From Sphingomonadales bacterium (lineage in GTDB: Bacteria; Pseudomonadota; Alphaproteobacteria; Sphingomonadales; CAKZYD01), in contig JASFRS010000002.1 of the NCBI GenBank assembly GCA_050114795.1, positions 1 to 43,074 on the forward strand: DNA of 43,074 bases. Reading direction: 5' to 3'. The notes beneath the pieces are model-generated. The model was not told the origin of the DNA. It saw only the letters and a list, made by a program, of their open reading frames with translations, and searched no databases. Below, piece by piece: positions 16,511 through 25,807 of the stretch; positions within the stretch are counted from its first letter, which is position 1; each line of letters begins with the position of its first letter. The position numbers and the translations under genes are program-made.

Positions 16511-17305
16511 ATGAGTCATTTGGACGATTTGGAACAACAGTCCATTTTTATATTACGCGAAGCGTTTAATCGGATTGAAAATATTGCCCTGCTTTGGTCT
16601 TTGGGCAAAGATTCCAATGTGATGATTTGGCTGGCTCGTAAAGCCTTTTTTGGCCATGTCCCTTTCCCTGCTATTCATGTGGATACGGAAAAGAAATTTC
16701 CGGAAATGTATGAATTCCGTGATCGCTATGCGAAAGAATGGAATTTGAACTTTCTTTCAGGAACCTGCCCGCCCGTTGAAGAAATGGATGCATCATTACC
16801 GCCAGCAGCGCGCTCTGCTGCCAGGAAAACTGCGGGTCTGAAGAAAATGACTGAAAAACACGGCTTTGGCGGTTTGATTGCCGGTATCCGCCGTGATGAA
16901 GAGGCATTGCGCGCGAAGGAAAGGGTCTTCTCACCCCGTGGTGCAAAGGGTGAATGGGATTTTCGCGATCAACCGCCGGAATTCTGGGATCAGTTTAAAA
17001 CTGACTTTCCCCCGGGCACGCATGTGCGCATTCATCCGCTGCTGCATTGGACTGAAGTCGATATCTGGCACTATACTTTGCGTGAAAACATCCCCGTCAT
17101 TCCGTTGTATTTTGCCAAGGATGGCAAGCGCTACCGGTCTTTGGGAGATAAGGATATTACATCGCCTGTTGAATCAAATGCCACAACCATTGAAGGCATT
17201 ATTGAAGAACTTGAAACAACAAAAATTCCGGAGCGTGCGGGTCGCGCCATGGACCATGAGGCAGAAGACAGTTTCGAACGTCTTCGCGCCGATGGTTATC
17301 TATAA
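16511..17305 (+). CDS. cysD: sulfate adenylyltransferase subunit 2
   Basis: PAPS-reductase-fold motifs LWSLGKDSNVM, IHVDTEKKFPEMYEFRD, RRDEE..RAKERVFSPR and LHWTEVDIWHY. At 264 aa it is shorter than the 302-aa E. coli CysD. Confidence 0.9.
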   Translation: MSHLDDLEQQSIFILREAFNRIENIALLWSLGKDSNVMIWLARKAFFGHVPFPAIHVDTEKKFPEMYEFRDRYAKEWNLNFLSGTCPPVEEMDASLPPAARSAARKTAGLKKMTEKHGFGGLIAGIRRDEEALRAKERVFSPRGAKGEWDFRDQPPEFWDQFKTDFPPGTHVRIHPLLHWTEVDIWHYTLRENIPVIPLYFAKDGKRYRSLGDKDITSPVESNATTIEGIIEELETTKIPERAGRAMDHEAEDSFERLRADGYL

Positions 17306-17319
17306 GGCGGAGAGGCGAC

Positions 17320-19200
17320 ATGCAGGTATCTAAAATCACAAACGCGCCCCGCGATATGCTAAAAATCGTAATCGTCGGCCATGTGGATCACGGTAAATCA
17401 ACACTGGTTGGTCGACTGTTCCATGACACCGGATCGCTTCCTGATGGCAAATTCGAAGCTATTAAAGCAATGTGTGAGCGTCGTGGAATGCCTTTTGAAT
17501 GGGCCTTCCTTATGGACAGCCTTCAGGCTGAGCGTGACCAGGGTATTACCATTGATACCAGCCAGATTTGGTTTAAGACTGCTTTGCGCGACTATGTCAT
17601 TATCGATGCGCCCGGACATAAAGAATTTTTGAAAAACATGGTAACAGGAGCTGCTGCTTCCGATGCGGCGTTGCTTGTTATTGATGCGGCAGAAGGGGTT
17701 GCGGAACAGTCTAAGCGCCATGGTTATTTGCTGCACCTGCTTGGCGTTCGTCAGGTTGCTGTTGCCGTAAATAAGATGGATCTCATCAATTATGATGAGA
17801 AGCGCTTCCGTGACATTGAAGAGGAATACCGTGCGTATTTAGCAAGTATTGGTGTTGAGGCGACCTTCATCATTCCTGTGTCAGCGCGTGAAGGCGATCT
17901 TATTGCCGAACGCAGTGATAATATGCCTTGGTATCAAGGGCCTACAGTCGTTGAAGCGCTGGACAGTTTTGCATCTATCACACGCCCGGTTGAGCAGCCG
18001 CTGCGTATGCCGGTTCAAGACGTTTATAAATTCGATCAGCGTCGCATCATCGTTGGACGTATTGAACAGGGGCGCTTGACCGTTGGCGACCGCGTGCTCT
18101 TTTCTCCATCTAATAAATCTGCTGTCGTGAAGTCTATTGAAGCATGGAATGTACCGGAACAACCCATGCAGGCTCATGCGGGTCAAAGCGTTGGCATCAC
18201 TCTAGATGAGCAGATTTTTGTCGAGCGCGGTGAAATCATCAGTCATGTCGAACATGCACCGATGGAAACGGATGTATTTAGGGGCCACGTTTTCTGGCTT
18301 GGCAAAGAGCCATTGCGACAGGGTCAGCGTTTGAAATTGAAGCTGGCGACAGCTGAAGTGCCGGTGAAAATAGACCGTATCGAGCGCGTTGTGGACACGG
18401 GGGATTTGTCCGCAAAACAGGCGGATATTGTTGAGCGCAACGCAGTGGCGGAAGTTATTATCCGTTGTGACCGCATGGTAGCCCTAGATCCGTTTGAACG
18501 GGGCGCACGCACAGGGCGTTTTGTTCTTGTGGATGGGTATGATGCGGCTGGTGGCGGTATTATCTCTATGGAGGGGTATGCCGATCAGCGTGATCTTATT
18601 ACACAACGTTCGACTAATATCGTCAAAGTCAGCCATGAAATTACCGATAATGACCGTGCGCGCAGAAATGGCCATAAAGGCGGTGTCCTTTGGTTCACCG
18701 GTTTATCTGGTGCTGGTAAGTCCACTTTGGCGATTGAGGTTGAAAAACGCCTCTTTAACAAGGGCTATCAGGTCTATGTGCTGGACGGCGACAATGTTCG
18801 TCATGGCTTGAATGCTAATCTTGGGTTTTCACCGGAAGATCGCGCGGAAAATATCCGCCGGGTTGGTGAAGTTGCAGCCTTGTTTTCAAGGGCGGGCATG
18901 TTGTCTATTACCTCATTCATTTCACCTTATCGTTCGGACCGTGAACGGGCGCGTCAGGCGGCGGGTGAGAATTACCATGAAATTTATATCAGGGCGGATG
19001 TGGCGACTTGTGAAGCGCGTGATCCCAAAGGCCTTTATGCCAAGGCACGCAGCGGTGAGATCAAAGAGTTCACTGGTGTTTCAGCGCCATATGAGCCGCC
19101 AGAAAGTCCGGATTTAGTTGTCGACACTGCGGCTTTAGACATTGAGGCTTGTGTTGAATCTATCGTTCGTTATGTGGAACATCATTTTGACTTGAAATAA
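17320..19200 (+). CDS. cysNC: bifunctional sulfate adenylyltransferase subunit 1 / adenylylsulfate kinase
   Basis: N-terminal GTPase motifs GHVDHGKST, DAPGH and NKMD. The C-terminal APS-kinase P-loop is GLSGAGKST. Length is 626 aa. Confidence 0.9.
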   Translation: MQVSKITNAPRDMLKIVIVGHVDHGKSTLVGRLFHDTGSLPDGKFEAIKAMCERRGMPFEWAFLMDSLQAERDQGITIDTSQIWFKTALRDYVIIDAPGHKEFLKNMVTGAAASDAALLVIDAAEGVAEQSKRHGYLLHLLGVRQVAVAVNKMDLINYDEKRFRDIEEEYRAYLASIGVEATFIIPVSAREGDLIAERSDNMPWYQGPTVVEALDSFASITRPVEQPLRMPVQDVYKFDQRRIIVGRIEQGRLTVGDRVLFSPSNKSAVVKSIEAWNVPEQPMQAHAGQSVGITLDEQIFVERGEIISHVEHAPMETDVFRGHVFWLGKEPLRQGQRLKLKLATAEVPVKIDRIERVVDTGDLSAKQADIVERNAVAEVIIRCDRMVALDPFERGARTGRFVLVDGYDAAGGGIISMEGYADQRDLITQRSTNIVKVSHEITDNDRARRNGHKGGVLWFTGLSGAGKSTLAIEVEKRLFNKGYQVYVLDGDNVRHGLNANLGFSPEDRAENIRRVGEVAALFSRAGMLSITSFISPYRSDRERARQAAGENYHEIYIRADVATCEARDPKGLYAKARSGEIKEFTGVSAPYEPPESPDLVVDTAALDIEACVESIVRYVEHHFDLK

Positions 19201-19218
19201 GTAAAGCTGGAGTGGGGG

Positions 19219-20223
19219 ATGTCCATAAAAGATAAGAACATAATCGTGACTGGGGGCGCTGGGTATATCGGTTCCCATGCAGTGTGGGCGTTACTTGATG
19301 CTGGGGCTAATGTCACAATTATAGATAATCTGACGACTGGGCATCGCTGGGCCATTCCGGGGCAGGCTGAGTTCTATGAGGGTGATATCAATGATATTAC
19401 CTTTCTTAATAAGGTTTTGTCTGTCCGGGATTATGACGCAGTTTTGCATTTCGCTGGTAGCGTAGTCGTCCCGGAATCTGTTGAAAACCCACTCAAATAT
19501 TATCGCAATAATACAGCCGCAACTCGTAGCCTGCTTGAGGCGGTTGTAACTAATGCGGTGCCTTATTTCATCTTTTCGTCGACGGCTGCTGTCTACGGCG
19601 TGCCTGATATTGCGCAGGTTAGTGAAGAAACACCGAAAAATCCTATCAATCCCTATGGCATGTCAAAACTTATGAGTGAGGCCATGTTGGCAGACGTTTC
19701 AGCAGCACATGGGTTAAGCTATGCCGCCCTTCGCTATTTCAATGTATCAGGTGCCGACCCTCAAGGTCGTACAGGCCAGTCAACAGACGGGGCGACCCAT
19801 CTGATAAAAGTGGCCAGTGAAGCGGCTCTGGGCAAAAGGGACGGTGTGGCGATCTTCGGCACAGATTACCCCACAGCGGATGGCACGGGTGTGCGGGACT
19901 ATATCCACGTATCCGATTTAGTATCCGCACATGTGGCAGCGCTTGAATATCTGATGGAGCACCCTGGCGAAAATTTGACCATGAATTTGGGCTATGGTCG
20001 CGGCTATTCCGTGCGTGAAGTCTTGCAGGCGGTTGAGAAAGTTGCTGGCGTGACTTTGAATATTCGCGAAGAGCCACGCCGTGCAGGCGACCCCGCTGAA
20101 TTGGTGTCCAGTGTTGAAAAATTACATGCAACGCTGGACTGGCAGGCGGAAAACGACGACTTAGAGACGATTATCTCTCATGCGCTTGCCTGGGAAGACC
20201 ATCTTTCCAAGAGGAATAGCTAG
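19219..20223 (+). CDS. galE: UDP-glucose 4-epimerase
   Basis: GGAGYIGSH Rossmann motif, catalytic YGMSK, and DGTGVRDYIHV. Confidence 0.9.
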   Translation: MSIKDKNIIVTGGAGYIGSHAVWALLDAGANVTIIDNLTTGHRWAIPGQAEFYEGDINDITFLNKVLSVRDYDAVLHFAGSVVVPESVENPLKYYRNNTAATRSLLEAVVTNAVPYFIFSSTAAVYGVPDIAQVSEETPKNPINPYGMSKLMSEAMLADVSAAHGLSYAALRYFNVSGADPQGRTGQSTDGATHLIKVASEAALGKRDGVAIFGTDYPTADGTGVRDYIHVSDLVSAHVAALEYLMEHPGENLTMNLGYGRGYSVREVLQAVEKVAGVTLNIREEPRRAGDPAELVSSVEKLHATLDWQAENDDLETIISHALAWEDHLSKRNS

Positions 20224-20535
20224 CGCCCGCCAGCCTGGCGACAAGCTGCGATAGATTGAAAGCGTTTTACAGCGATAATGTCGCCATAACTTTCGCTGCT
20301 TGGTCCGTAGCAGGTGCCTGAAGGTGCCAATTTAATTGGCCCTTGATTGGAGAGAGGTGTTGCTGGCCGTGAAGGTGCGCGATGGCAATGATAACCGCCT
20401 GTTTTACGATTGTGATGACAGCCTTCTGAATTAAGCCCCCCCACCATGTGCAACAGCAGCTGTGTTTGCCATTGTGCTTAATGAAACAGAAAAAATAATA
20501 GTTAGCACATTTCTTGTTAAAGCCTTACCGTCCAT
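20220..20535 (-). pseudogene. YHYH-motif secreted protein gene interrupted by a frameshift in a G7 tract
   Basis: ATG 20535, with GAGGGGGGA 6 nt upstream, opens a signal-peptide frame MDGKALTRNVLTIIFSVSLSTMANTAAVAHGGGA that stops at 20431-20433. The track ORF 20220-20453 continues in another frame as ..GGLNSEGCHHNRKTGGYHCHR. Removing one G from the G7 run (plus-strand C7, 20436-20442) fuses them into one 104-aa protein. Confidence 0.75.
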
Positions 20536-20600
20536 GATAAATCCCCCCTCAAGATATCCCGATATGGGTTTATTTTTGGGTGTAATTGTTAATTTTTCAC

Positions 20601-20626
20601 AACTTATAATATATTAATCTTCATAA
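20601..20626 (-). promoter_or_regulatory. AT-rich box upstream of the YHYH gene (copy of the box at 21517-21543)
   Basis: The minus strand reads TTATGAAGATTAATATATTATAAGTT, against TTATGAATAAAAATATATTATTAAGTT at 21517-21543 (23 matches of 27 aligned positions, one gap). It lies 66 nt upstream of ATG 20535. Confidence 0.45.
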
Positions 20627-20633
20627 ATGGAAT

Positions 20634-21503
20634 TCATAATTTTCCTGATATTCCTGCGGCTGTTTTAAACGCTTCAATCGCGCTGGATTTTGCCGACATA
20701 TGTTGCTGAAGCAGGATGATGTCGCGGGCATAAATATCATCCTCAATGACTGTCCAGCGCACATCATATGAGTCATCGCTATCTCGAAGCCAGTCAGGAA
20801 CGAGGGATATCCCCAGACCTTGCGCCACCATATTCGCTGTCGTTGAGAGGGCGTCAATCATGCAGAAAATATCAGGCATAATTCCCTGGTCGTGGAGGAA
20901 TTTCTCAGCCTGGCGTCCACCCCAGGATTGTGGGTTATATTGGATATAGGGTCTTGAGCGGAATAGCGTTTCGAAATCACCCTTATCTTCTAAAGAGCTG
21001 AGCAAGTTCAACTTTTCCCGCCGAATATGCGTGGCTTTCAAATGCTTTGGTAAGTCAAAGGGTGGCGCAATGAGAAGCGCCATATCCAATTCACCCTTCA
21101 TGAGCGCCTCATATAGGGCAGGAGAGGTGCCTGGATGAATCTCAGGTAATACGCCGGGCGCTGCCACGCGCAGCTTTGCCAGGCTTTGGGGAATCAAGCC
21201 TGACATCATCGTGCCAATCGCACCAATGCGCAGGGTGCAATTTAGTCCGTCAGCGGAGACCAGAGAGGGAAGCGCTGATACTTCCTCAACGATTTTTCGA
21301 ACAGCGGGCAGGATGCGAAGACAGCCTTCACTGGGCTTAACCGTCTTGCCTGAGCGTTTGAATAAAGGTGTTTTCAATTGCTCTTCCAGCGTTTTGATAC
21401 GCTGGGAAACAGCGGCGGATGTTAATCCCTGTACTCTTGCGGCAGCAGCGATGGATCCATAGCGTTCTACGGATAAAAGGGTTTGAAGGAAGGAGATATC
21501 CAA
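20634..21503 (-). CDS. LysR family transcriptional regulator
   Basis: N-terminal HTH LQTLLSVERYGSIAAAARVQGLTSAAVSQRIKTLEEQL. Length is 289 aa. It is divergent from the EamA transporter gene. Confidence 0.9.
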   Translation of the reverse strand: MDISFLQTLLSVERYGSIAAAARVQGLTSAAVSQRIKTLEEQLKTPLFKRSGKTVKPSEGCLRILPAVRKIVEEVSALPSLVSADGLNCTLRIGAIGTMMSGLIPQSLAKLRVAAPGVLPEIHPGTSPALYEALMKGELDMALLIAPPFDLPKHLKATHIRREKLNLLSSLEDKGDFETLFRSRPYIQYNPQSWGGRQAEKFLHDQGIMPDIFCMIDALSTTANMVAQGLGISLVPDWLRDSDDSYDVRWTVIEDDIYARDIILLQQHMSAKSSAIEAFKTAAGISGKL

Positions 21504-21516
21504 ACGTAATTTTTCC

Positions 21517-21543
21517 TTATGAATAAAAATATATTATTAAGTT
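21517..21543 (+). promoter_or_regulatory. AT-rich box in the lysR-eamA divergent region
   Basis: TTATGAATAAAAATATATTATTAAGTT lies 54 nt upstream of the eamA ATG (21597) and 14 nt from the lysR ATG. See the paired box at 20601-20626. Confidence 0.45.
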
Positions 21544-21596
21544 ATTATAATTTTTGAATTCATGCAATTCAGGCGTCGATTTAGCTTGGATTTGCT

Positions 21597-22433
21597 ATGG
21601 ATATCTTGGTTTTCTCGGCGGTTCTCTGCGCGGCATTGATGCATGCGAGCTGGAACGCAATTGTAAAAAATGTGCCGGACAAAACGGCCATGATGACGGC
21701 GATAACGCTTGGGCACTTAGTGCCGGCTGTTGCGATAATGGTGGCTTTCCCATTGCCGTCGTCAGCCGAGCTTCCCTTTTTGCTAAGCGGTGCCATATTG
21801 CGGATTGGATATCAATTCTTGCTCATTCGGGCTTATCACATGACTGATTTGTCCGCTGTTTATCCTATCGCGCGCGGCTTTGTGCCGCTTAATATCTCGC
21901 TATTGTCTATCGTCCTCTTTGCCGAGCGATTGTCCCTTCAACAATATGGGGCAATGGCACTCATCCTATTGGGGCTTTTCGCTATGGCTTGGCGTGGCAA
22001 TTTGGGCCGAAAAAATCTCTATACCGCCTTGCTCACAAGCGGCTTCATCACAGCTTATAGCGTTTCTGATGCTTGGGGTGCCAGAAGCGCCATACATCCG
22101 GTGACTTTCTACGGATGGCTGTCGGCCTTAAATGCGGTGTTGTTCGTGATGTCGATTTCAATATCGCCCCAACGCGGCGCGCTTAGGCGAGCATTCAGGC
22201 TATGGCACCTCGGCCTTTTGGGCGGTTTGTTGTCATTTGGTGCCTATGCGCTTGTTATCTGGTCTTATACAAAGGCCCCTTTGGCTTTGGTCTCAGCCCT
22301 GCGTGAAAGCAGCATCATCTTTGCCGCGCTCATTGCGATCTTCTTTCTTGGGGAGCGCCCAACGCGTCAGCATCTTATCGGCGTTATATTTATCGCTCTT
22401 GGCGCAATTTCCCTTCGTTTTGTAAACAGTTGA
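21597..22433 (+). CDS. EamA/DMT family transporter
   Basis: 278 aa with about 10 hydrophobic helices and a duplicated EamA-like organisation. Confidence 0.8.
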   Translation: MDILVFSAVLCAALMHASWNAIVKNVPDKTAMMTAITLGHLVPAVAIMVAFPLPSSAELPFLLSGAILRIGYQFLLIRAYHMTDLSAVYPIARGFVPLNISLLSIVLFAERLSLQQYGAMALILLGLFAMAWRGNLGRKNLYTALLTSGFITAYSVSDAWGARSAIHPVTFYGWLSALNAVLFVMSISISPQRGALRRAFRLWHLGLLGGLLSFGAYALVIWSYTKAPLALVSALRESSIIFAALIAIFFLGERPTRQHLIGVIFIALGAISLRFVNS

Positions 22434-22446
22434 ACGGGAGCAATTC

Positions 22447-24175
<1,729 letters not shown>

Positions 24176-24190
24176 TCAACTGTTAAAAGT

Positions 24191-24352
24191 GATTCGGTCG
24201 TTCAACATGACGAGAGGGCCGAATCGGGTCAAGTCGTATTTGGTTAATGAATCAAGTAGTTACACAAGATTCTTAATATTGAATTGAGAAGAAATAGAGA
24301 ACATTTTCGCGATTTTTGCGATTCTGACACTAGGTCTTGAGTCGTTAGATTC
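24191..24352. promoter_or_regulatory. cluster of seven GANTC sites upstream of ccrM
   Basis: GATTC 24191, GAATC 24221, GAATC 24249, GATTC 24268, GATTC 24320, GAGTC 24339, GATTC 24348. All were read directly from the sequence. Confidence 0.7.
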
Positions 24353-24432
24353 CTGTCACCACAAAATACGGGTCTAGTGGCAAAATGGACATAGGCCCGA
24401 AATTTTTTTCATTTTTTGTCATTGCAAGTCAT

Positions 24433-24462
24433 AAAAAAACGCCCTCATGGGGGCTGAGGGCG
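24433..24462 (-). terminator. intrinsic terminator downstream of the rnhB / small-ORF unit
   Basis: cgccctca (24440-24447) pairs with tgagggcg (24454-24461). On the minus strand the hairpin is followed by TTTTTTT (24433-24439). Confidence 0.8.
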
Positions 24463-24525
24463 GCATTTTCGCGGTCAATTTTGTATTTACTGCGTCGTTT
24501 TGTATTGGGGAGGACCGGCGCGATT

Positions 24526-24648
24526 TTAATTCCAATAACGTTCACGAGCATGGCGAGCGGCACGACGGCGGCGACGGTCATGCCGTTCGCTGGAGGTGCG
24601 GCTTAATTTTCCTATTTCGCTTTGAACCGTTTTCAATTCGTTAAACAT
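24526..24648 (-). CDS. hypothetical 40-aa highly basic protein
   Basis: MFNELKTVQSEIGKLSRTSSERHDRRRRRAARHARERYWN. GGAGAA lies 6 nt upstream of ATG 24648. The intrinsic terminator lies 64 nt downstream. The longer track ORF (to 24735) has no RBS. Confidence 0.4.
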   Translation of the reverse strand: MFNELKTVQSEIGKLSRTSSERHDRRRRRAARHARERYWN

Positions 24649-24768
24649 AATAGTTTCTCCATCGTCACAAGGGAGCGGGGGTTCCGCTACCATTCTCATA
24701 TGGTGGTGTGTTGGTAAAATACAACACCATGTCATTAAGTTTTTTTCGAAATTGAGATGGGGCGCAGT

Positions 24769-25380
24769 TTAACTGCGGTGGGGTGTGTTTAACGGTGCAA
24801 AACTCATGCGGTGATAAGGCGTGGGGCCATGAAGCTTTATAGCTTCAATATGTTCTTTGGTGCCGTAGCCCATATTGCGCGCCCAGCCATATTGTGGATG
24901 GAGGGCGTCAAGCTCAAGCATGAGCTTATCTCTTGTGACTTTAGCTATGATTGAAGCGGCAGCGATGGAGAGAGACTTGCTGTCGCCTTTTACAATGGCT
25001 GTTGCGGGGATAGAGAGGGGGGGTAGTCGATTGCCATCAATAAGACAGTGGCCAGGCTGTAGCGTTAAGTTTGCACAGGCATTTATCATCGCCTGATAGG
25101 TGGCCTGGAGAATATTTATACGGTCTATATGTGGCGCCTCAATAATGCCGACACCGACCTGCGCTTGGTTGGTTATCAGTTCAAACAGCTCTTCACGCTT
25201 TTTGGCGGTAAGCTTCTTGGAGTCATTCAGGCCCTCTGGAATTGCATTGGGGTCAAGAATAACCGCGGCTGCAACGACAGGTCCGGCTAGAGGCCCACGC
25301 CCGGCTTCATCTATGCCCGCGACGGGGCAGGCGTGTTCTTTTTCAAGGTCGAATGTCGGTTTGATTTTTGTTTTTTCCAT
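24769..25380 (-). CDS. rnhB: ribonuclease HII
   Basis: GIDEAGRGPLAGPVVAAAV catalytic motif, then DSKKL, and later GDSKSLSIAAASIIAKVTRD. Confidence 0.92.
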   Translation of the reverse strand: MEKTKIKPTFDLEKEHACPVAGIDEAGRGPLAGPVVAAAVILDPNAIPEGLNDSKKLTAKKREELFELITNQAQVGVGIIEAPHIDRINILQATYQAMINACANLTLQPGHCLIDGNRLPPLSIPATAIVKGDSKSLSIAAASIIAKVTRDKLMLELDALHPQYGWARNMGYGTKEHIEAIKLHGPTPYHRMSFAPLNTPHRS

Positions 25381-25421
25381 CCGGCATTGATAGAGCGCAG
25401 GCTCATGATACGCAATAATGC

Positions 25422-25453
25422 AAAAAAGGACCCGCCGGGGGAAACCGGCGGGC
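25422..25453 (-). terminator. intrinsic terminator 41 nt upstream of the rnhB start
   Basis: cccgccgg (25431-25438) pairs with ccggcggg (25445-25452) across a 6-nt loop. On the minus strand the hairpin is followed by TCCTTTTTTG (T6 at 25422-25427). Confidence 0.8.
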
Positions 25454-25712
25454 CAAGCATGCGGTGAGGAAATGTCGTGACCTAGAAAATCATGTTCAAG
25501 ATCGCGACTGACGGCTTAAATGTTGAAGGCGATTGCAAACGCAGGGCTGGGGAAATAGACCCAGCCTGACCTCATCTTAAAGTCAGAAGAATGAGAAAAT
25601 ATAATTTGCGTTACGGGCATTCCGCAGTCCTGTCACTTTGGTTGGGCCAATAACCCAACCTCTGGTTCATGAATGAGGACTGCCCCTTAATCCCCAACAG
25701 CACCAAGCTATC
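25422..25712 (-). ncRNA. candidate structured RNA (independent sRNA, or leader/attenuator of rnhB)
   Basis: Promoter-like TTGTAG (25748-25743), a 17-nt spacer, then TATATT (25725-20) on the minus strand. Nested helices: GCAGTCCT/AGGACTGC enclosing GGTTGGG/CCCAACC. Further hairpins: GGCTGGG/CCCAGCC and CTCAT.CTT/AAG.ATGAG. It ends at the terminator 25453-25422. It matches no RNA family I recognise. Confidence 0.3.
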
Positions 25713-25807
25713 ACCGTCTAATATAGTGGGTGTATTGCTCTGCTACAACACCTATTGTCGCGCTGATTCAACGGTTCATCGAAAAATCAACATTTTGCCT
25801 CATGAGG

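Noticed and set aside
24273-24287. TTAA-tattgaa-TTGA as a CtrA box in the ccrM upstream region.
   Set aside because: It is only a one-mismatch half-consensus in an AT-rich region, so it is not strong enough to call as a feature. It is mentioned under the GANTC finding.
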